64,000 nucleotides of DNA from Dimorphilus gyrociliatus (lineage: Eukaryota > Animalia > Annelida). Location of the stretch: the NCBI GenBank assembly GCA_904063045.1, contig CAJFCJ010000006.1, positions 3,116,408 through 3,180,407 of the forward strand, read 5' to 3'. Of this stretch, positions 37,893-50,464 are shown in pieces (position 1 is the first letter of the stretch; every line of letters starts with the position of its first letter). The translations under genes and the position numbers were made by a program. The notes beneath the pieces were generated by a model. That model was not told where the DNA came from. It saw only the letters and a program-made list of their open reading frames with translations, and made no database searches.

Positions 37893-38652
37893 CTTTGTTT
37901 TCCACTTTAGTCATGTGACCTCCGTCACGAAGCGATAGTAGTTTTCGTACAATCCCGATATATTAAAAAAATTACATGTCATATATTTTAATTAAAATAA
38001 TTGAAGCTTCATTCCATTTATTAGAAAAAGTATAAAATGTGAAAAGAAGATATATTAGGGAACAAAATTCAATTACGCAAGAAATACACTATATCTAATA
38101 TAGCTTTAAACAAATAGTAAAGTTATTGTTTTTCTTTTCAAAAATTTGATAATATTTATACGAATTCTATGGTTAAAGTATTGAAATTTTTAAATAACAT
38201 TTCCAAGCTTGTTCTATAGAATAGACAATTAATATTCGTGTTAATTCGTTTAATTACGAAATAGTTAATCATATCTGAAGATAAATGAAGTCTTTAGGTG
38301 CAAAATAGAACAACAAAAACAAAAACAAAGGAAAATTCAATTTATTTACTATTAGCTTCAAATCATCTCAAATTTTAGTAGGAGCAGGAAGCAATTTTCT
38401 CTATCTTCAAAGTAAAACAAATGGTTTGTACAGGATATAAATGCATATCATTTATATATATATCGTGACTAGAAAGGGAATGATATTTGTAAATAACTAT
38501 AATCCTAGACAAAGCACTGAATCATTTAGAAAATCATGGTGATATTCAGGCTTGGTTTTATTTGTTTGTTATAGTTTATTCTGTTTATTTCAATGAATTA
38601 TGAAATAATAGAAAGTAAAAATAAAGAAATTTATAAGTAATCAATTAATTCA

Positions 38653-41092
38653 TTAAGCTTTATAAGGATATTTTAAAGTCATATTCTCAAAAATAACATT
38701 TTCAGAGTAATATTGAACAAGTTCGACAATCGACGGAAACATAAAGTCTTTATATACATAAACACAATTAGCCCTTTTTTCAATTCTAACATGCTTCGGA
38801 TTATGTTTCACTCTTACAGTTATAGTGAAAAAACTTTGATTATTCAACCTCGTCTCTCTAACAAGGAATTTCCCTTGTACAGAGGCAGTTAAAATATTTT
38901 TTGCTTCCTCCTTAGTCATAAATCCTGCATACCTATATTTGAATAATACAAATTATTATTACAAACAATACAATTAATAATATAAATGTATATCTAACCA
39001 AGGCATATTTGTTAAATCTTCAGTATGGCCCAGTTTAGTTTCGTTAAAAATACAATCGTATTTATCACCTTGATTTAGACATTCGAAATGAGACTTGATA
39101 AAGCAATTGGAGCATTGATATCCTTGACGAATAATACCTTTTAATGTATAAGTACAAAAATTACAGAAAACAGGAGTTTTCGTTTGAAATGTTTTTAGAG
39201 AAAAGTTATGATTTTTAACAAAATAATGATCAAACTTTTCGAATAATGTTTTAACACTACTCTCTAAACTTTCAAAAGCTGTATTATCTCTTGCGTTTAT
39301 AATCAATTTTTCTGTAGGATTATCCACGGAAGATAACTTTATTCCATATTGCCATTTTTTAGATTTGGAATTATCTAGTAGTGAATATTTATAATCGCGT
39401 AGATAATATTGCCTTTTAACTTTATATTGATTACCATTATTCTGTAGGAAAGGAATAAAAATAGGAATTTATAATGATGAAGACTATAGAAACAATAAAC
39501 AGTTTAAGGATATCTTATCAATAAAATATTTCATTTTAAATGGTAATAAAAGATAGAGTATATCGTAAACTTACCTGCTTCTTTTTTAAAACGAATAGAA
39601 CATCGTCAAATAACAGAATATATCTGCGTTTATCGTCAATCTATTAAGGGAATAATAAAATAGTCGTTTATTTCTTAGTTATGCGTAAGAAAAATAAGCA
39701 TGTTATCATTAGTTGAAAAAAAAATTGGTATCTTATCTGTTTCCTTCCAGTAAAAAAAGTGTCAAGTTGTTTTTTATTGTATTTTGCAAAGTTGTTCTTT
39801 GTACTTACCATAAATTCACCATCCAATAAGAAATGTCCAAAATCTGTTAAATTCTGACTTGAAGGTAAAAGTCCTTCGACTTCTTTTTGTATTTGGGAGG
39901 TGTTTATCAGCATCTCAGTGTCTCTTAGCATTTCATTCGTGTATTTTAATATATCTTCTATTGCGTATTGCGCCTTTTTAATGGTACCCTTCTCCTTAGG
40001 AGAATAGTTGTCGGATAGGTATAAATTTGAAAGGATTAACGGATATTTTGTTAATCTCATCATTGGAACTTTCAATAGTTCCATTGTGGAGAAACAATAG
40101 TCAATTGAGTCACTCATATTCTTTTCGCAATCAAAGAAAAGCTGCAAATTTGCTTTCGAAAATTTCATCAAAGTATCCTCAATAACAGGAATATTTGCAC
40201 AATAATCGCCGTACATGGAAAAATTTACTCTATTATTCAAAAATATTTGTCCTATATTGTTTTTGGAGTTGATCACTTCTTGGAGTTGTTGTAAAAATAC
40301 TTTGTGAAAGGATATTAGCCGATCAATACCATTAAAAATGATCTTGTGATCACTTTCACAAATTTTACCTTTCAGCGGAATCATAAAAAACGTTTTTATC
40401 GGAAGTAAACTCTTATTCAAATATATTTCTTCCGTTTCGAGAAGTTCATTGAGGGCATAGTTTATTCCATCTGTAGAATCTGTCGAATTTAGGTTGGTTT
40501 TACCGAGTAATTTCTGATAGATGCTATCCTCTTCCTCCTCCCTATTTGAGTTACTAACTGAAAGATTTATATAAATTGCTCCTGGTCGGGATGGAGAAGA
40601 ACCGTTTTCGTCTTCTGGTAGACTGTAGCCATATGGATCCCAATCTTTAGAAAATTTACTTTCTGAAAGTTTGTATAAAGTTCGAAGAATAGGAAAGCCG
40701 TTAACTTTAAAAAAATCGGTTATTTCAAATATATCCTTTGATTCTAATCCAAAATATGAGCATGTTTCTCTAAATGCGTTAATATTTCTGGTGCTAAGAA
40801 ACTGGAAATAAAAGTAAGCATTGTTCAGCCTTCCAGATAGTGTATAAAATGAACAAAAAAACAAACAATAAAGTTTTATTACCTTTGAATTATTCGGTCT
40901 GTAAGAGAAATGTGTTAATGGTAGAATATCGGGCTTTAAAACATTGCATAGATTACATAGAATGACACCATCCTTAAGTAAATTGATAAATTCTTCCAAT
41001 GTACTATTCGGTAAGTTAATCGGATGATCTTTGCTAATTAATTTACAAACAGTAAACCATCGAACGTATTTCTTCCAATCATTGGCAGCCAT
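38653..41092 (-). CDS. Divergent Vav paralogue (CH-acidic-DH-PH-C1-SH2) lacking both SH3 domains
   Basis: CH start homologous to neighbouring Vav (LLKDGVILCNLCNVL), EEEEDSIYQKL, DH (ELLETEEIY...PMMRLTKYPLIL), PH (RRYILLFDDVLFVLKK), C1, then W|YAG SH2 ending YPYKA*. Four intron positions are shared with Vav. Confidence 0.9.
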
Positions 41093-41570
41093 GCGAACCT
41101 ATGCAACTGTAGAATAGTTTTAAATGATATGCTACCTTAGTGACGTAGCCGTATAAAAGATAACAGATATTAATAATACAGTAGATTAGTAGAGGTACGA
41201 AGTTGTGACAATATTAAAAACATTAGAGTTAGATAAATATGCTGTGTTTGAAAGAGTAAATAGCTTACAAGTATAAATAGAAACATTAAAAGAGAAAGCT
41301 TCATCAAAGTTTCAATAGAAGCAGGAAATTATATACATAATTACAGATAAAAGAGAAGGAATATAATAAAAGTACTAGCAAATATCGACAGACTCTGATA
41401 CTGTTAATTATTAGATATATTTAGATATCTAATGTCCCTTTTTACTGTCAGTAAACTATTACTTTTATCCCTCTTTATCAGCGGTTTTTAGATGCTAAAT
41501 ATTAAAAAAGATAAATATATAATTAATAATACAAATATTAAAGGATAAAATAAATATTATCAGTTCATAT

Positions 41571-43466
41571 CTAACTCCTATTTCGTAGTTTGTTTTTGTT
41601 TTGTTTTTTACTAACATTTGGTAAGAAATTCAATTGTGGAAACATTCTATAAAATTTTTGAACGTTATATCCATCAGTTGAAATTGATTTTTCATTTCCT
41701 TTAACAAACAATTTTATATTCTTAGAATTTTTTATTACTCTGCCTTCTTCCGCTTTGAAATGGTTGTTGAAGACTAAATTTCTAAGAAACTGAATACGGT
41801 CTTTTCTAGTATTCTTTTGGGAATATTCCCTCTGGAGGGAGTGTAACCTTAATGTATAAATAACAGAAAAAATTTCATTAGGAGAGAAGTCTTTTCATCT
41901 CATTTTTCATGATTAAATATAAATGATAATAGAGGGGAAAATAATGATATATCTTTGTATATATATATATATATATCTATATATGATGTAAAAGTATACC
42001 TTGTTTTTATTTGTGATATTACTAAAACAGGTTCTTTAAATGTTGAATCATCTAAAATATCCTCATTATTTTCGCTAATTCTTTTAGAACCGATAAATTT
42101 GACTTTTCTAGTAAAATTAATGAAAGGTGGATGCCCTATGTTAATCGGCTTAAGAACTCCTGAGAATCTATATATAGAACGATTGGTTTATCTCTTAAAT
42201 GTGAATATGTTATATATATATATATATATAATGTATATATTAATTAATTTTTATACTGTCTTCCAGAATCTAATCTTTTACTTATTACTTCGGGTCTGAA
42301 GAACAGGCAATGGGATAGAATATCTTTGAAGGGCTTATTTAAACAGCTTAGCGCAAACTATTATAACGTAAGATAAATATTTATGAATAATATTGATATA
42401 TACATATATATGCGAACTATAGTAGAGTAACCATAACCAAATATTCCATATGAGAAACAGTATTCCAATTCAACTGATGCAGTTACAGCATCGTGTTCTT
42501 TTAGTTCCAAAATATCAATGCGATAAGGATTCTAGGAAATTATAAATTATGTGGTGGTTTCTCATATGCTATTTTACATAAAAAAAGAGGCGTATGTTGT
42601 GTATTTAATAATTACTTGGATAATTTCAAACATGTCAAGGTCTCGGGAGGCAAATACGAAATGATCTTTATCAATATTGTCAGGTTCAGGGATAATAATA
42701 AACTCTATTCTAACATTATTAGGCGATGATATATTCTTTGAAATAATCTAAAATTATTAATTTTGTTTAATTAATAAGGAAGAAATAAAATCAATTGTTT
42801 GATATACAAACTCTTGGTAAGCTAAAATGAAACACCTCATCAATAGTAAAGGAATGAGGTAAATTTTCGCAGTCTATAGCTTGAGAAGCTTTTATATAAT
42901 CCTGAATACATATCCGCAAATACACTTTTAATGGATATTTAATGGAGTCTAGGTATTAAACAATAATACTATCAAATAAAATTCATTTTTTTATTATATT
43001 TTCTGTCCTACAAATATCTTGAAGCATGTAGCTTAAAATATGAGCCTTCTTTATGTGTATTGCCAACACTCCAGACTTGTCAGGAAGAGGAGAATTATTA
43101 ATGGTGCTATAGAATTACGATGTTTTATGTCTATACTAAACTGGGTAAGTTTGTAATGAAGGGGATAAAATACTATGAGCATTGACACTTTGACCATACG
43201 TAAGGCTACTGCTAATAAAATAGTGCAATTATTCTTTGCTACTTTAGTAGTTTCTCTTCTCACTGTTTACTTACACTCGAGAACTTTCCACCGATTCTGA
43301 GAAATACCGTTTAATGCATATAAAACAGATAAAATATCAACAACTTTTAATATAAATGTTTTATATTAATTTTAGGGAACTGACCAGAAGGTAATAATTT
43401 TGTTTTACTCATTGTTAGTATTAGATTGTTGATGGAGAATTTGAACTTAGAAATCATTGATGACAT
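41571..43466 (-). CDS. C2CD6: C2CD6 / ALS2CR11 (CatSper tau)-like C2-domain protein; not in ORF track; 5' end uncertain
   Basis: Phase-consistent exons 43106-43012, 42948-42812, 42747-42616, 42531-42418, 42357-42257, 42167-42000 and 41847-41571 encode SGVLAIHIKK...VYLRICI...IDEVFHFSLPR...DMFEIIQ...ELEYCFSYGIFGYGYS...RLHSLQREY...DRIQFLRNL. This is collinear with recalled C2CD6 motifs (GCLGIHIKN, FDEVKYFSVQVPR, LYEIIQ, EFMFSYGNFGYGFS, RLEKMKKEY). Confidence 0.75.
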
Positions 43467-43717
43467 CAAACACTTTTCAATTAAAAAGTGCAAAAAGAAA
43501 AAGAGAATTATAAGTGACAAATAAAGCTTAATACAATTGAAGCTTTCCATATTGACCAAAAACCAGTACAATGTCAATAAATTATGATCTTTCAAAACTT
43601 TACTCCTCTCTGTCTATAGTTTTTATGATTGTATCTACTAATAATGCTAGACATACTAGCGTATACATATATATGCATGTATCTATGTGTTAGCATACAA
43701 TTTTTCAAGCGTTTTTT

Positions 43718-45004
43718 TCAGATCCTGTTGTAACGGCCTAACATTTGATGACAATTAGGACAAGTATGTACGACATCCTTTGTTGAATCCAAACAAAATG
43801 GTATCAAACAACACAGCAGCCACCAAAAAAAGAAACATAATACTGCAGCCAAAACCCAAGTCAGAGCTCCTACTTCGTAGTCGGTGGCAGTGAGTATTTG
43901 AGCATTGCAACGAGTACAATTCATTTGAACTGGAAATTCACGAAATTGATGAACTAATACTGCAGTGGGTTGAGTTGTTACAACAGTAACGTTCGAGTGC
44001 ATGGTACCTGAATGGGATATAATATTTTAGTTTAATTTTTTTCAATAGATATTTAAAAATTGAGGCACAACAAATATCTAGATTAAAATATGATACAATT
44101 TGTTGATTTGTGATCGATAAGTCTAATTGCTTTAATACTTCACTTAATCCCATACTATAAAGTATAATTTAACTGACAACTTTGTTAACAACATAGTCAG
44201 CTAGACAAGATTCACTGAAAAGATATCGTGCATGGAAACTTTATAAGGCTACAAGACATTGTATAATTGACAATATAAAAGAAAAAAATGAGTTAGCATC
44301 CATTGCAAACATGCAACCAGCGAACTACTGCAATCTCTTCGTACAACATATTTGATTTGCTAATTGTATACATTTTTTACCCTGTGTGTAGATTGGATAT
44401 CCTGATGTACAAATTATAGAGAGTTATATTGATAGCTTTGTTAAGATTCTTGTTAAATAATACAAATATAAGACTCAATATAGTTGTAAAATTTACCAGT
44501 TTGTCCGGGAATCTGTCCATAAGCTGGCGGAGCTGGAGTTAAAGACGAATAACCTGCTGGAAATGTATAAATGTCATAATCTTTAAACAAGATAAAGTTA
44601 AAATGAAAAAATATCAGGGAAAATTATGCAATATTACTTAGCATTACAGTTATTCTATTATTAACTTAAACTAGTTTTAATCTCAACCTTTAGTTAAAAG
44701 TGATAATCTTTGTGTGATGTGTCTAGAATAATGAAAATGGAATTAATTAGATAAACTCTCCCTACTTCTAGTCTTATTCTCAGGAAGCAAGTCTCAAAGC
44801 CGATTTTGTACAGCTCGTTTGCACATCAAAAAGAATAGAATGTGGTATGAGGACGAGTGTGATGATAGCAGTATCACATTCCGGAAACCAATTCCGTATA
44901 CAAGTAATTTGACATAGAGATAAATATTCATTCATACCTTGATTCACGAGAGGTGGTGGAGGAAACTGCTCCTTTGTCTCAGAATAAGGCGGAGGTGCGG
45001 ACAT
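43718..45004 (-). CDS. LITAF/CDIP1-family zinc-binding monotopic membrane protein
   Basis: PPxY motifs (PPPY, PPAY) then a LITAF domain (CTRC...hydrophobic...CLIPFC...KDVVHTCPNC). Exons 45004-~44938, ~44553-44497, 44401-44381 and ~44008-43718. Confidence 0.93.
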
Positions 45005-45193
45005 GTTTACTGACAAAAGTACTTGAAAACAGAAAAGATGCTTTTCTAAAATATCCCAGACCTATTAATCAGAATTGTATATTTACACAGTGAATAAAAT
45101 GCTCAATCATTTATTTTTTAGTTCTATAGAACATTATTATGACACTTACCAAGCAGCAGGGATAGTGCTTTTGCTAACCACAGCTTCGAAGAA

Positions 45194-45201
45194 TGACGTC
45201 A
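45194..45201. promoter_or_regulatory. CRE/ATF palindrome upstream of the LITAF-family gene
   Basis: Exact TGACGTCA about 190 bp 5' of the ATG at 45004. Confidence 0.45.
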
Positions 45202-47359
45202 AATCTCAGAACGGCGTGTGGTTACATATTCTCGCGCATCTTGTTATGATAAGTGTTTGAAGCGGATTAACGTACCAGTTTACTATAAGTTTATCATGGC
45301 TTATGCTCCAGAACTTTACCTATAATAGTAATATAGAAGATATTGTGTTAAATTGAAAACTTTCGAATAAATCACAAAGAGTTAATAGAAATCATTTTAC
45401 TAAAGAAAATGTATTAGTACAAAAAGTTAAAGAAATGAGACTATTCGATCCAGTTCATTCGAAAAATTGAAATTCTCTTTTTGGAACAAGAAGAGTGATT
45501 CAATGAATTTTTAAATCTAAGTTACATGACCAGTGTATAAGATACTTTTCCATAAGAAATTTCTAATAAAAGTATAGCTTGTGCCATTCTTTAGTCAGAT
45601 GAAACTTTTAAATTGGATTCTTTTTTATTACTTTTTTGAAAATATTTCTTAATTGAAAGTTTATTTTATCCTAATTATCTTTATGTATAAGAATATAATT
45701 AATATAATTAAATAATATTTATATGTATACTTGTCAAAAGTAAACACTATCCCAATAGATTTAAGATAAACCTACCAGTAGATGGGGCTACGCTAAATCC
45801 TTGGAATAAATGATAGAATAAGCCGGGGAAGGGAAAAAAAACAAGATAGAACCATAAAGAGTAATAGAAAACTCGAATCAGTCTAGCTAATGGATGATGG
45901 GATTATCCTTGAGATAATAATATTAGTAATAACTTGAATTATTTGTACACATTTTTGAAGGAACGGTAAAATAGCTATAGTTAAATTATGCAATACTCCA
46001 TAATTGGTTGGATATATGGGTGTTTTTATATATCTAAAAAAGAAAAAGTATATAGTATAAGGAACAGTAAACTGTAAATATATTATATTATCCATATATC
46101 GTTAACAGATCCAATCAGATGGTGAAAAAAGTGGCAGTATGAGATGATACCTAAGAAAACGGCCTGAAATTAATCGGTCCAACTTAAAAAAGATAAGGGG
46201 AAATTCTTATGAAGAAGTCTTTTAAGATAGCTGTTGGACTGTAAATTGGATATTTCTTCTCTCGCTATAAGCATCACTACGTGAGAAATAGAGAATGAAA
46301 GAGGATTGAAAAATATAAAACAAAATAAAACAGATAGATTAGCAGTTGCATTGAGAAACTTGTCTACAGGAAATTGATAAAACTGTACGTAAAAGTAAAA
46401 AGACTATGACCTTCATTATAAAAGATTTGTCTCTGTTTTGGGACATTATACGGTTTGTATTCCCTCCAAAGAACAGTTATGGCGGAGGAAAAAGAAAATA
46501 GTATTTTGTAAATTTTTATGGTACTTTTTTCAAGTCTAAAAATACATTCTTTTTGTTGATAAAATGTTACTAAATCAATAATGTTCTCCATTGTTATCTA
46601 AATGTAAAATGAGAATTAACGAGATTTTGTGGTTGTTAGTAAATTATTCCTTGGAATTGATTACAATCACAATTTTTTTGAGTCTCTTAAAAATTTGGTC
46701 AAGAACAAATTTATTTAATGATTTTTAATGGTTTAATTTATAGTTAAAAGGTTTAAGAAAGAATTGTACAACCTAATGTGGAAATTATATTTTAAAATAA
46801 ATTATGCTTAATTTTTACTTTAAAAGAATGTAAAAAGTTAAGAAAATTGAAAAACTTTGAAGAAAATTAATAAAATAATCAATTTATTCGACTTGCGTGC
46901 GTTTATGTTACTATTTATATGAAAAGAACAAAAAAATCGTTAAGCAAACAATTGTAGCAGACGAAGAAACAATTGCTTAACTATTCAAACGCCATTTTGT
47001 TTTCCCGTCTTCAGTCATCTGTGGCTTTCCTCTTTTCGAAACAAAATTATGCGCGGCATTTTCAATCCAAGCTATTCGTTGTTCTTAAGCATCACAAATT
47101 TGAGTCTTCTACAAGCCAGTTAATCATGATATACTGGGCAACATCCAGTTAACTGCCAAGATATTGGAAACGCATAAAGAGAAAAAATAAGCATCGAAAA
47201 AAAAGGAACGACAGAAAGAATAAGGGATAGAGAGAAGAAAAATAAAAGAAAATTAAGCAAGGGTTCAACGATAAAATTGCTTAAAATCTGATTAAATTAT
47301 TAATTGAATTAGCAGTCAAGAAATATTTGGCATAAAAGACACCGAATAAATACAATCAA

Positions 47360-47392
47360 ATGATGCCTATGCTGCCTATGGACGAAGTGAAG
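47360..47392 (+). CDS. Candidate alternative first coding exon A of ECE (MMPMLPMDEVK)
   Basis: ATG-open to AAG|GTAAGC, phase 0, compatible with the acceptor at 50464/50465. Confidence 0.5.
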
Positions 47393-48658
47393 GTAAGCTT
47401 CTAAGGAACATAATGATGTATACGGCTATACCTAGATATGAGAATATTGATTTATTTGGCAAGGGTGCGCAGTAGTGTCAGCTTTAGTTTAAAATATTGT
47501 CGTAATCTTAACGCTAACCTTGTATTAAATTTTTCTAAAGGCCTATGTACAATAAAACAGACAGTGTTATCATTTTTATATTCTTTAAATGGAACGCATT
47601 AGTGCGATTTATGCGATTCAATTCTCTATAACATTTTACAAGGAACGTTGAAGGGATAGTTAGCTGGTAATTTAGACGAACTGATTAGGTCGATTTGTAA
47701 TACGATCAATTTAATATTACCATCAGCCAGAGTGGGCTTGTTAAATGAATTTATTATATAAAATCTGATGTTGGTATATATATATATATAAATATAGATA
47801 TATATATATATACTGTATATATGTAAATGTATCTTCTCTCCGCCTGCAATTAAAGTCTACTTAGAATATGATGTATCGTTTAAATCGTGTAAATTTTCAA
47901 TTCATTTTCTTAATACACTGTTTTTGTAATGGAGATAAAACACTACCATCATTTTTGAAAAATTAAGGTGTTTCTATTACAAATCATGCTTTTCAACAGC
48001 TATAAATAAAGAATTTATACGTATCGGCACACAAATTTAGATGTGAACCATTAAATTATTAATATTTACAGAGAAAATATATTCTTAACATGAATTAGAA
48101 TCTAAAAAAAATTTTCATCACTCTTTCTCTATCTATCTCTCGTCTCTGTCTCACTATTTATTTCATTTCTCATTCATTGTACGAATGAATCAATATAACT
48201 TTAGAATTGATACTTGTTTAAAAGAATCAAATTGTTTATTTATCATTTAGAAAAGATGAATATAGAGAATAAGTAAGATTGAGATATATATAAATTTATA
48301 TACATGCTAAGAGAGAAAGAAAAGGAAAGGATAAAACATTGAAGAAAATCAAGGTAATTTCCAGTTGTAATATTAATTTTTGTACTTAATATGAAAATAA
48401 CCTAATGAAACAGCTGAAAAAATATTAAATAAAACTTGTAGGTATATAGTGTTTAATATTGTTCACAGACTGAATTTTATTATTAATTTAATATCGAAAA
48501 AGGCAAAGTGATCTTCGAAGATAATTTCTGTTTACTGAAAAAGCCGATTGTTTTGAGAATACCTTTGATTGTATTACTTTAATTTATATATTTATAAAAC
48601 GTATCAATTTAATTGCTACGGAGAGAAGAATCAATTGCATAAAAAAAAGGGGAGGACA

Positions 48659-48751
48659 ATGTCTTATTTGAAAAAATTTCTGTTGCGAATAAATTCGACT
48701 CACTCTGGTATAAAGTATCAGAAATTGGAGAAGCATCTTGATATACCACTG
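48659..48751 (+). CDS. Candidate alternative first coding exon B of ECE (MSYLKKFLLRINSTHSGIKYQKLEKHLDIPL)
   Basis: ATG-open 31 codons to CTG|GTAAGA, phase 0. Confidence 0.5.
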
Positions 48752-49514
48752 GTAAGATTCGTCAAACTAAATTAGATACCGATTCGTCCTGGCCAAAGAT
48801 TGTCAAATAGGTTGAAAAAGGATAAGGTTAATAGTTTAAACAATGTATCGTCATCAGTATCTTTATGCTGTACAGTATTTAGAAATATAAAAGGAACAGA
48901 TTCAATCCGCGTAACTTTTACATATTATGTTTGTTATTATGTTATTGTACATCAAAGACAAGGAAACTTAGGGAGATTGCGTACTTTATCTACCGATTAG
49001 AATTTTTTTTTTCGTTTCCTAAGGAATTTCAATGTTTGAGAAAAAGAGCAGACTTTGTAAAAGTTTTCTAACTGATATAAAAGTGATAGGGAATGACTAC
49101 CATCCTCCTCCCTATCTCACACTCATTCTCTTTCGGCTATTTTGCTGAAATTCTTTCATTGTTAGAGGAAAAGGTCGAAGTAGTTTGGAAGTAAAATTAA
49201 TCACGGGGTGTCTTTATTATGTAAATGTCACAGCTAGAAACGTCGAATATTTTTCCATTTCTCTGTGTATACCGTCTTTTATTGTTTTTTCATTCTCCTT
49301 CTTTTTTTATTATTTGCACGAACAACATATACTTTTTCCGAAATAGACGAGAGAGAGAGAGAGTGAGAGAAGAAATGAAGATACCAGTCGCCTTTTTTTT
49401 CTTTTTAACTAATTTCACTAATTAATTATTGAGAAAGAAAAGGAAAGTAGATTTTTTTGCTTTCTCTGTCTTTTTCTATATAAATCTGATTTTCGTGATG
49501 GAGAAGGAAAAACA

Positions 49515-49544
49515 ATGAGCGAGGAAAAGATAAGTTTAATAAGA
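49515..49544 (+). CDS. Candidate alternative first coding exon C of ECE (MSEEKISLIR)
   Basis: ATG-open 10 codons to AGA|GTAAGC, phase 0. Confidence 0.45.
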
Positions 49545-50464
49545 GTAAGCTATTATTTTTAACTTTAAACTAGTTTATTGTAAAAAATTGTGTTACGTTT
49601 TTCTTTTTCGCTTCCTGCACCATTTTTTTTCACACCTACTAAAACAATCCCATGTTCAGACATCATATATTCTAACATACGGATTTATTCTCATTAACTT
49701 ATCATATTTTATATCTACATTGCATATGTGCACAATAGGTGTATTGAATACATACATATTAATATTATATATATATATATGAATATTGTGAATAAAAAGT
49801 AGAATATGTGGGTTTCTACTCAATTTGGCTAATAGTATTCAATTGATTTAAAGGTTAATAAAAAAATCTAAATTCATTTGGTAGTTTAAGCTAGACGTTG
49901 TGTTTAAAATGAAGCGAAGGAGGAGTTCGAGAGGGAGCTGAATTGGAATAATTTGCTGTTCGGATTGTAGAATTACTATGTGGGTAGATATTAAATATAT
50001 ATGAATATATGGTTGAGAATAAGAGTATAAAAGAGAGAAGGGCATGACTATATTGCTAATTGAAATTATTACGATTATAATCAGGTGTCCAAGCCAGACG
50101 TTTTTCATGTCTTCTTCAGATTTACAGTATATTCTGTTTGTTCGTATTCTAGCTAGCGTCCTGTTAGCGTTTATTTACCAACAAATCACGATCTACAAAA
50201 TTATAAAAGATTAATTGAATTTTCTCTTAGATACAAGTATTATCATAGGCAAAGATGTTTTTGTAATTAAATAAAAGATGTTTAGAATTTCGTATGTATC
50301 AAGTCTTGTTCTCTTTATAGGCGTACACAGAATATAACTGAGTTACTTAAACTAGCTAGTCTATTTCCCATTATAATCTATCAGGAGGGGGCGCTGTTAG
50401 TGTCGGGATTCTATTTATTCCCAATTGCTTAACAGTTACTAACGTGTTTTCTCAACGCTTCCAG

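Noticed and set aside
40804-40884. Stop-free 81-nt intron in the Vav paralogue, and a similar 57-nt one in ECE at ~52458-52514
   Set aside because: Both have canonical GT-AG ends, lie at conserved positions and would interrupt folded domains; stop-free 3n introns occur by chance.
13478-47485. Recurring GTGTCA/TGACAC hexamer near several gene starts
   Set aside because: Roughly 15 or more copies are expected by chance in 64 kb on both strands, so there is no evident enrichment.
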